Of a stretch of DNA of 39,805 nucleotides, positions 28,401 to 37,000 are shown piece after piece (position 1 is the first letter of the stretch; each line of letters begins with the position of its first letter). Below the pieces are notes generated by a model, which saw only the letters and a program-made list of their open reading frames with translations, was not told the origin of the DNA and did no database searches. A program made the translations under genes and the position numbers. The DNA comes from an uncultured Opitutales bacterium. GTDB lineage: Bacteria > Verrucomicrobiota > Verrucomicrobiia > Opitutales > CAJWYM01. The DNA lies in contig CAWUTK010000245.1 of assembly GCA_963924785.1 (NCBI GenBank), positions 1-39,805 on the forward strand. The letters run 5' to 3'.

Positions 28401-28417
28401 GGGGACGGGTTTCCCAT
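25400..28417 (-). CDS. Large exported TPR-repeat protein (1005 aa; BamD/CpoB-type repeats)
   Basis: Signal peptide ending VVFA/Q; many TPR units such as EKYPKSTYAEDAEYRRA, EEYPDSPAVLDA, EALYKIGMSYY. Confidence 0.85.
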   Translation of the reverse strand: MGNPSPIIKLIFKASLFLSVVLPAVVFAQLKPSEMGFTQLKGTADNMIKSGHLVKAIPYLEEVENRTIDNKGKERQPLETIWFFLGQAHMVASGGSSAMSLNTALEYLNKVEKEFPKSKRMHMVILSQAECYLGMKEDKKALPLFEKALNEPYVHMLDDKLRDDTLDKLVTLYYSAQDWNKGKPWFKKLMETSPKSDRRARGAASLIESYVSSKNEQGALSLIPFILKAKSARNSPQLNMALLKAGHMLSGRGMYQQAMLLYTMTLTPPQMAEYYKNQAIDSENRIKFYKVKRRDDLVDKYKIMKSNDEHMAKALRGMKDYGKELELLIAQVYLDADRGWEAYYAFRGIIEKYPTHPNIEDFVFSTFQSAHTMGLPEKAREIADGYLANPSFKKYRKDVGLVTMQNFLEDENYEGFFGLAEEYIEQFSDKEETATVIYMMGNAMLGIGQTSQLIQKFEKYIEKYSKAPWLDGCYYWSGLSGMYNQDYPMALKFFNPMYEKYPKSTYAEDAEYRRAICIYGSGKPDEAMVAFTGFNEKYSQSKLSGEIQFFLGEIYSSKKNIEDAIKHYSLVEEKGAAHSYIKNAYFSIGKLLKEAKRYDEMIANYEKYTQNFQEEGDLAAAIFEIGMAKELQGKPGELQEVYINAIREYGDNQDSEGVDLMIESFVSKYYSGLERMNATIDFFEKFKSDSAFRDQILDDKSFLYDFFQRNKTIEQSYYKKFRKDKAYGKGLRNDMSVIDAQLAHYRTQKSKFPKKTPVELFTPLYQEAKSDGRKTLEFRLQMALEGRGENVNPGMVFTQSDFDYATPKLLIWMAKKTMRSAPEMAKGAVNKVLEEYPDSPAVLDAFITMAELAELNKDYDQAIEYYARLAEDFWSEPNSHEFISKQGDLMRKNGNNEGARGKYMEIMQAPEYKGAPQTEALYKIGMSYYDEEKYPEAHGFFERVFIGYGFFIEIATKAYLMDAETLLKMNQREDARNTLKECIDNGSFKEAEAYSALRDKYDEIK

Positions 28418-28507
28418 AATTTCTATATATAAAGGGTTAACTAATGAAAGTAGTATTAGTGATAAGCCATCAGTAGAAATAAATAAGAAACAAAGGTCAA
28501 AATTAAA

Positions 28508-28536
28508 TTGTCGAAATCTTCATTTTTTCCTAGATT
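28508..28536 (+). promoter_or_regulatory. Putative sigma70 promoter for kdsB
   Basis: TTGTCG-17 nt-TAGATT in the divergent intergenic region, 85 bp before the kdsB ATG; consensus match only. Confidence 0.3.
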
Positions 28537-28621
28537 TACCCATAACGATCATCACCAAACAACACGAAACCATCGCAACACTCTCAAATAGAGCCTGTTG
28601 TGAAAAATAACCATTTAAATA

Positions 28622-29362
28622 ATGAAAACCGCAATCATTGTCCCTTGCCGCTTAGAATCCCAACGTTTCCCTCGGAAACTACTATATCCAATTAAAGAAA
28701 AAGCTTTAGTGCTCTGGACGGCTGAAAGAATTAAAGCAGAAGCACCGGATCTTCCCCTATTCTTTGCTGTAGACGATGCCTCACTCTTCAATTTGTTAAA
28801 AGACAGTGGCTACGAACCAATTCTTACATCCCCTACCCACCAAAGCGGGACAGATCGAATTACTGAAGCAAATAGTAAAGTTGGCGCTAAGTTCGTGATA
28901 AACGTTCAAGCAGACGAACCGCTTATCCACGGTGAACAAATACATCAATTGGAAACACTGATCGAGACTGATTTCGATATGGCGACACTCGCAACACCTT
29001 TTCAAAAAACAACTGACTTTTTAGACCCAAATCAAGTCAAAGTCGTTTTAAACAAACAAAACAAAGCACTTTATTTCTCAAGGTCGCCGATTCCTTACAA
29101 TAGGGATGCTTCAGGGAAACCCGATACAGAATGGCTAACAAAGAACCATACTTACCGTCACCTTGGCGTATACGCTTACAAAGATACATTTCTTAAAGAT
29201 TTCGGTAATCTAATTCCTACCTTTCTCGAGCAGACAGAAAAACTAGAACAACTACGAGCATTGGAGAACAATTACTCTATAGCAGTTGGTGTTACACATA
29301 AACCAACAATAGGCGTCGATTGCCAAGAAGACATCGAAAAAATATTAGCTCATCTCGGCTAA
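28622..29362 (+). CDS. kdsB: 3-deoxy-manno-octulosonate cytidylyltransferase
   Basis: IVPCRLESQRFPRKLL, HQSGTDRI, INVQADEP, ALYFSRSPIP, HLGVYAY, EKLEQLRALE. Confidence 0.95.
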   Translation: MKTAIIVPCRLESQRFPRKLLYPIKEKALVLWTAERIKAEAPDLPLFFAVDDASLFNLLKDSGYEPILTSPTHQSGTDRITEANSKVGAKFVINVQADEPLIHGEQIHQLETLIETDFDMATLATPFQKTTDFLDPNQVKVVLNKQNKALYFSRSPIPYNRDASGKPDTEWLTKNHTYRHLGVYAYKDTFLKDFGNLIPTFLEQTEKLEQLRALENNYSIAVGVTHKPTIGVDCQEDIEKILAHLG

Positions 29363-29370
29363 CTCAGTTG

Positions 29371-30285
29371 CTATTTGCGAACCTTCAAGTCAGCAATGGC
29401 AACGGCTCGACTAAAACTCTCGCAGGAGGAGATGTTTTTACCAGCAATGTCATAACCAGTCCCATGATCAGGACTCGTCCGAATATACTTCAAGCCAAGT
29501 GTAATATTCACGGCCTTATCAAATTCCAAGGTTTTCAAGGGAGCGAGGCCTTGATCATGATACATCGCAATTACAGAGTCAAAATCGCCCCTTAAGTGCC
29601 TCCAAAAAACAGTGTCACCTGGAAGCGCTTTAGATAAACCGGGAAATTCATCTCTAAATTCATTTAACACTGGATCGATCAAGTCCAACTCTTCGGATCC
29701 CAAAATCCCAGATTCGCCTGCATGTGGATTAAGGCCACATACCGCTATTTTGGGGTTTTCGATACCAATGAGGGACAACATCTCATACGAACGCCTAATA
29801 GCCCTCTCTATAACGTCTCTATTTAAGCAACTTGAAACACTAGCTAAAGGAATATGCCATGTTGCCAACACCACTCTCATTTTTTCGCCAATAAACCCCA
29901 TGGAAGGAACCCCATTCCAACGGTCCGCAAAAAATTCAGTATGACCTTCAAAATCAAACCCAACCTTTTTCATCCAAAACTTGCTAATGGGGCAAGTGAC
30001 AACCGATTTATAAATCCCATCAAGACATCCTTTCGCAGACACCTCTAACGCTTCAAAAGCTAAAGCGGATCCTCTTTCATTCGGCTGACCCAATACCACT
30101 TCATCCATCGAATCCCCAAGAGGAATACACTCCCACTCTCCTAACGATTGTAATTTCTGGCATAACTGAACTGGCCCAATAACGCAAATATGGTTCTCCT
30201 TATCTTGATTTCGAGTTGCCCAATTATAAATAACTTCTGGCCCAACTCCAGCTGGATCACCTGACGTAACAGCTATCTTTCTCAT
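29371..30285 (-). CDS. pdxA: 4-hydroxythreonine-4-phosphate dehydrogenase
   Basis: GDPAGVGPE, GHTE, GLNPHAGE, MYHDQG, RTSPDHGT. Confidence 0.94.
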   Translation of the reverse strand: MRKIAVTSGDPAGVGPEVIYNWATRNQDKENHICVIGPVQLCQKLQSLGEWECIPLGDSMDEVVLGQPNERGSALAFEALEVSAKGCLDGIYKSVVTCPISKFWMKKVGFDFEGHTEFFADRWNGVPSMGFIGEKMRVVLATWHIPLASVSSCLNRDVIERAIRRSYEMLSLIGIENPKIAVCGLNPHAGESGILGSEELDLIDPVLNEFRDEFPGLSKALPGDTVFWRHLRGDFDSVIAMYHDQGLAPLKTLEFDKAVNITLGLKYIRTSPDHGTGYDIAGKNISSCESFSRAVAIADLKVRK

Positions 30286-30296
30286 TAAATAAAAAC

Positions 30297-31076
30297 CTAC
30301 TTATCTCTTGGTTCGACAAACCCACGGTCACCCTTTTCAAAAAAAGTCTTAAATCGCAACCCTTCAGATGTGTTTGGCACATCCGAATTAGAATCCAAAC
30401 TCCATCTTTTAGGACTTTGATAAACTTGATAAGCTTGATTATAACAATTCTTTAAATCCTTTATCGTTTCAGTCTTAAATCCCCGTCTCTTCAAGCCCAC
30501 TAGATTAAGTCCAAAAACGAGATTCCGCTCCGTAGCCATTACAAAAGGTGGAACATCTTTTGAAATAGAAGCATTCCCTCCAATCATTGCTCCCTCACCA
30601 ATACGAATGAATTGATGAAAAACTGCACTACCACCCACAAAACAGTCATCCCCCACACTCGCGTGTCCAGCAAACATAGCTCCATTTGCCAAAATTACCC
30701 GATTCCCAAAGTGGCAATCGTGAGCAATATGAGAACAGCCCATCAATAAACAATTATCACCAATGATCGTGTAGCCACCAACACGTGTACTTCGATGAAT
30801 CGTTACGCCTTCACGAATAACCGTTTCTTTTCCAACTCTCACTCCACTACAAATTTTCTCGTCAAAACTCAAATCTTGTGGAGGGCCTCCAATAACAGCA
30901 AAAGAGTCTACCTTTACCAAATCTTCCAAAACACTCCCACTTCGAATAATAGCATGAGCATCAATCTTTACCCCTTTCTTTAATTCTACATTTTTCTCAA
31001 TAATGCTATAGGGCCCGATAAACACATCATCGCCAACCTTCGCATCATCCGAGACAATCGCTGTAGGATGGATCAT
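30297..31076 (-). CDS. lpxA: Acyl-ACP:UDP-GlcNAc O-acyltransferase
   Basis: MIHPTAIV, hexapeptide repeats, GGPPQDL, IREGVTIHR, HIAHDC, HQF.RIG, GLNLVGLKRRGF. Confidence 0.94.
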   Translation of the reverse strand: MIHPTAIVSDDAKVGDDVFIGPYSIIEKNVELKKGVKIDAHAIIRSGSVLEDLVKVDSFAVIGGPPQDLSFDEKICSGVRVGKETVIREGVTIHRSTRVGGYTIIGDNCLLMGCSHIAHDCHFGNRVILANGAMFAGHASVGDDCFVGGSAVFHQFIRIGEGAMIGGNASISKDVPPFVMATERNLVFGLNLVGLKRRGFKTETIKDLKNCYNQAYQVYQSPKRWSLDSNSDVPNTSEGLRFKTFFEKGDRGFVEPRDK

Positions 31077-34000
31077 TCAGATAAAGCCGCGTTCTGAGCA
31101 TCTAAGACGACATTATTTCGACCTCTAGCCAAAGCGACTTGCTGAGACCATACAGTCCCTCTGCCACCAATAGTTGTCGCACCAATAAAGAAATAATCTC
31201 CACTAGGAATTTCACCGATGCTGAATCGCCCAGCACCGTCTGTCCGTGCTCGAGTTACACTTGAATCACGAAGCACTCTACGAATTTTTGCCGCAACTCC
31301 TGGATAACTAAAACCGTTTCGGAGAGACTCTATCCATAACTGAGAATAACTTCCGATTCTACGATTTGCAGGAATAACAATCCCCGCATTTTCCAAAATT
31401 GTTTCAATAGAATTATCTAAGACGAAAAACTCTGAATAGTGAACAGGAGTGTTGTTACTTGTTTTAGCTTGAAAACTAACGATGCTAACACCACCAGATC
31501 TACGATTCGATGTAGGCGGTTGAGAACGATTAACAGTTGAAGCCGTTACCCCTGTCCTCTTTTGATCACGAACACTTGAATTAGAACTAGGCAGTTCAAA
31601 ATTAGTTGAGGAAGCCAATGCCTTTTGCCTTGGCACCTCTTGACGAACTGGACGACTACTAACAATAGTCCTTTGCAGCGCTTGATTAACTTCTTTCAGT
31701 TGGGCAATATCTTTTTGCAACTGATCATTTTCAAGTTCTCTTTGTTGATAGGACTGCTGCAATGAAGCCGAAGAAGCTTGATTCGCAGTCTTCTTCGCAG
31801 AAGAGGACGCTTGGTTGGCTAACTGCTCTGAATAATAAGCGACTTGCTGATTTGCAGCACCAAGATTTTTTTGCAATTGTAACACTTGAGCTAAATTTTT
31901 CTGATACAAATTTTTAATATTTTCAAAATCACTAACCAACAAGCCATTCTCCTTCTCTAGTCGTTTAATTGAATTCTCTAGATCCACTTGAGAAGGGGCA
32001 TTTTTAAAAGCCAACAACTGATTTTCAAGAGATATAGCGCGATCATTCACTTTTTTGAAATTCATTTGAGAAACCACTAACACACTACTAGTAGCCTGCA
32101 ATTGTTTTTCAGAAGATGCCAGTGCTAGTTCATTATTTCGATTCAGACCTCTTATATTCACTAATTGAGCTTCTAAATTAGACATATCCTTACTTGAACC
32201 GGAATCTATATTTGAAATTGCTTGAGATAGCTCGACCTCCAAACTCACCACTTTCTTATTTTCGGCTTCAAAGGCTCTTTGTAAATTAGCAATAGTTGAT
32301 CGTGATTTTTCCAGATCGCCTCGGAGTGCATCCAATTGAGATTCATCACTCCGGTTTCCTTCCGAACCAGACAACCTCTTGTTTACCCTTAGGTCAGCAA
32401 CCTGATTCCTTAGAGAAGTTACTTCCCTCAAGGCAATAGCTTGATCTGCTATTTTAAGTTGAGCCAATTCATTCTCTTCATATTTCGTGACTAATACTTT
32501 TTTCGCTTTAGACAACTCATTGATTGTCGTTACAAGTTGGCCATTAACTTCAACCAATTTACTATCCAAATCTGCAATAATAGATCTCACCTCTGCCTCA
32601 TCCGGCTCGGAGCCCGACTTATTCAAATTAGGTGCAACCGACATTGAATTAATTCGAGCCGAAGCATCACTTAGTTGACGCTTCAACGCATCTATCGTTT
32701 TATCAGCAGCAACAAGTTGCGATTGTAGTTGCTTTACATTCCCTGAACTAGCAGTTGAGCGAGGTGTATCACTATCAGTTAAGTCCTTAATTAAAATATT
32801 TGATTTCTCCAAGCCCATTTGCAAAGACATAATTTCTTTGAATGACCGCTGGAGCTCTGTTCGCATAGTTTGCAATTCGTTATCTTTTGAACGAATCCCT
32901 CTTTTAGCAGATACTAAACCATCTTCTGCTACCTTAACCCTATTCCTAAGATCTTTAAACAGTTTAGTCTTATTTTGGGATCCAAATCCTCCTTCTTTCG
33001 AAAGAGCACCTTCCAACGTAGTTTCGAGACCAGCAATCATTTGATCTCTACGCCTCACCGTCTCATTCAGGTCAACAATTGCGCCCTGCGCGTCATGCAA
33101 TGCTTTCTCCAACATGTTTACATCTTTAGCTCTTTGACCACCAGAACCATCCTTTGATGCAGCTAAACGGCGCGGATCACCAAGTTCCGCATTCTCTATT
33201 TCCAGAACATTTAACTTATCATTTGATTGCTGAAGGGCGATTTGCATCTTCATAACGGCAGTCGTTGCATCCTCTAATTCAGCCCGTAAATCCTGTGACT
33301 CCGATGAAGACAGTTTTGACACTGAACTGACACCGGCACCAGCCGAACTATTAAGCCGTTCCTCTAAGCGTTTTTTGCCTTTCTTAATAATACTCAACTC
33401 CATGCGAAGCGTTTCATTTTCTTTCCCTAGATTTTCAATAGCAACTTGAGACAAACTAACGTCCTTGTTGTTTTCAGAGTTCAAAATTGCAATTTCATCA
33501 CGAGCTGCTTTTTTCACCAAGGCCAACTCCTCCCGAACATCATCAAGCTCATTGCTTATTCGAGCAATATCATCCTCAGAGCGCCCTCCCTCCTGAGCTG
33601 AGTTCATTTTTGCTTCCGCTAAAGCTTTGGTTAATTGCTTAACCTTCGCTTCACTAGCCTCCAAAGCAACATCGTTTTTATTTTTTCGAGAAAGTTCTTT
33701 TTGTAGCCGAGAAAGATCTTTTTTCAAAAATGACACCTGCTTTTTCGAAGCGGCTTCTTGCTCATCTAATGTATCCATTACACTCGATAATTTACTTTGA
33801 GCCAAATCCAACTGCTGAGCTAAAGCAATAGAATCACCATTACTAGATCCTTCACTATCCGAACCATTTGACTTCATGCCCTTTGCCGACTTCAACCGTT
33901 TATTCAAAACAGCAATCTCTCCATCGAGTTCACCTCTACGCCGATCAAACCTCTTCTTATTCTCTATATTTTGCTCTTCAGCCAATGCTAACGCTTCAAG

Positions 34001-37000
34001 AGCAGAATCTAAACGTCTAGCCGACTTATCACGACTAGAACCAGAATCTTCCTTCAATATTGCCCGTTTTGCCAAAACCTCTTTTTCTAAACTTTTAATG
34101 ATGGCATTCGCTTTTCGATTTTCCATCTCTAAGCGTGAAATTTTATTCTCTAACTCAGAAACATCATTTTTTGAAGTTTGACTATTCTCTCCACGAGATC
34201 CCCCTTTATCTTTCAAACGCTTAAGATCTTTCTCCAATCCAATTATAATATTATTTTTTGAAGACTCCGTCTTACTCAAAATTTGCTGAACCTTCTTTAG
34301 TTCCTTACTCGATTTAATTAAATCAGATTCCAATTCAGACAATCTTGCTTTCAATTTCTTAGTTTGAATAACAGTTCGCGCCCCACCACCGGCTTTTATT
34401 TCTAATTGAGCTAGCTCTTTCTCTAATTCTGAGATTTTATTAACATCCTTAGACCTCACTTTGCTAATAGTTGCCTTACTACCAGAAAGTTCTTTATTCA
34501 AACCTTCAACGAGAAGCTCTAATTCTGAAATCTTCTGAGTTAAGATTGATTCAACCTTAGACGCACTTGTTGAATTTCGCACAAGAACTTTATTCAAATC
34601 ACCCAATTCTTTCGTCAAGGATTCTAACTTTTTTTCTGAAACAACCTCATTTTTCTTCGCTTGATTGATTGTTAAATTTTTATCGGACAAATCCGCTAAT
34701 GTAGACTGTAGTTCTCCCTCAATTTCAGCCAAAGATTTTTTGTGAACAACTTTCTCATTCTTTTGAGCGGATAGCGTTTTCTTCAAACGGTCGTTTTTAT
34801 CAACCAACTCTTTTTCTAATTCAGTCAGTTTCTGGGCATCAACCTTCGCCACTTTATTCCGCGCAATTAACTCTAGTTGTTTTTTAGACAACGCAGATTC
34901 CAACTTAGAAACAACCAATTTTTTCTTTTGCTGCTCATCGGAGAGTCTTACCTGAAGTTCACTTTCGTTTTTCTTCGCACCAAGTAATTCTTTTTCCAAA
35001 TCAGAAATCAATTTTGAAGTTTTCACGTCCTGACTACTTGAAACTTTTGTGACTTTATCAAGGTCCAATTTCGACTGGGAAAATTCCTTTTTCAAAAGAA
35101 AAATCTCCTCACGCAATCCATCCTCTTTCTTTAAATATAATTTCTCTCTTACATCAACCTCTACCCGAAGCTCCGATAGATTTTTCTCCAGATCGGTTAC
35201 TGAATTAAGTCTTTTTTCTCGTTGAGAACTAATTTCACCTTCCAGCTGTTTCTTTTCATTTATAGCTTGCGCTAAAGATTCCTCTAAATTCTTAACAGAG
35301 CCACCAAGCGAACGATCTTTAAGAACCAACGCTGCCTCTAATTTCCCAATTTCACCATCAGCTAAACTTAAGCCTTTCTTTAACTCAAGGATTTCAGCAG
35401 CCAAACGTTTACTCGACTTCGCAAGCGTGGATCGTGCTTCATCAGCATCTTTCCGAGCACTAGCTAATTCTTTCTTCAAAGCCCTGACCTTTCCACTAGC
35501 CTCTACATCAACCAAACGCCGACTGGTCTTCTCTAAAGCCTCTTTCAGCAATTCAACTTCTCTTGCTTTCTTCGCCAAATCTTCCAAATGAGTTTTGTTA
35601 CTTGAATCTAGCTTACTGATAGTCTCAGCAAGGGCTTTCTCTAGCTGCTCAGTCTCTGAGGTCAATTTTCGTGTAATTAGTAACTGCTTTTTCTCGCCAT
35701 CATCCTTCTCGATAATTAAATGAGTTAATTCTTTCTTCAATTCCTCGATTTCAGCATTTGTTACTTTTTCCGCCTTAACCAATAGCTTCTTAAAACGATC
35801 CCTCTCTGAAATCTCTTTTCCCAAACGATCCTCTAATTTCTCAATTATACCTTTATACTCATTCCCCTTAACATCAAAAGCATGCTCCTTCGAGCTAAGA
35901 GCCTTCTTCATTGCCGAAATATCATTACGAAGCTTCAAATTCTCCTTTTCCAATGGCTGACTCGAGTTCTTTTTTGATTTTGCAAACTCAGATTCAAGCG
36001 TTTTCACGACTTTAGATGCTTTTTCCATTTCACTTTTATGCCGAAGTTTTGACTTATTGGAAGCAAGCAGCGCTTTTTCTAAATCCGACTCTAACGATGC
36101 TACTTTCCGCTTATACTCGCTCTCTCCATTACCGCTTCTAGCTTTTAGCTTATTACCCTCTTTAACCAAACTCGCAATATGCTTCTCTAAAGAAGCGACC
36201 AACGCATTAGTTTCACGATCTTTTTCATTAATAGCTACAAGCTGTTCTCCTAATGATTGATTTGAAGCCTTCAATTTCCTCCTTAATCCAGCAAGCTCCT
36301 TAACCAATGGGGCTTTACCTTTCTTCGATAAATCCTTTAGATCTTCATCACTTTCCAACAACTCCTTCTTCAAAGAATTCACTAATTCTGAAAGCTTCCC
36401 TTTTTCCAAACCTTGGGTTTTCAATTCACGCTCAAGCTCATTTCTAACCTTGTTCACTTCTGCTATTTCAAGTTCAAGCTTTTTAGATTTCAAATCTGAC
36501 TCTTTTTTCTTCTTTATATAGTCGCGTTCCTTGGCCTTGAAGCGCTTCAAATTATCGGCGAATTCTTTCTCGAGCGTTTTCACTAAGTTTAGCATTTTAC
36601 TCTTGCCCATGCCCCCTCCCCTTTTTACAGGCGAATCAAGCGATCCTGAGAGATTCAACCGCTCTTTCAATCCATTTATTGCCTCAAGTTGCTTTGTTGA
36701 ACTCATTGTGAGCTGCTTAACCTTATCCTCTAAATTAACTTTTTTCTTAGAGTAATCCAAAGACTCTCGTTCTAACTGAGATAATTTTTTCTCAATTGAT
36801 TTTTTTTCTTCGACTTGAGCACTGAGCTTTGAAATAGATCGCCTAAGCGCCTCAACAGGCTGTCCACTCTCAGTAGCCTTAAAGCTTTCATTTTCAATTT
36901 CTAATTGCTTGATCGTTTTTTCCAATGATTGAATATTGCCTTTAGCAATCTCAATAACATCTTTCTTCTCTTTATTAACGAGAAGAATCTCTTTCCTTGC

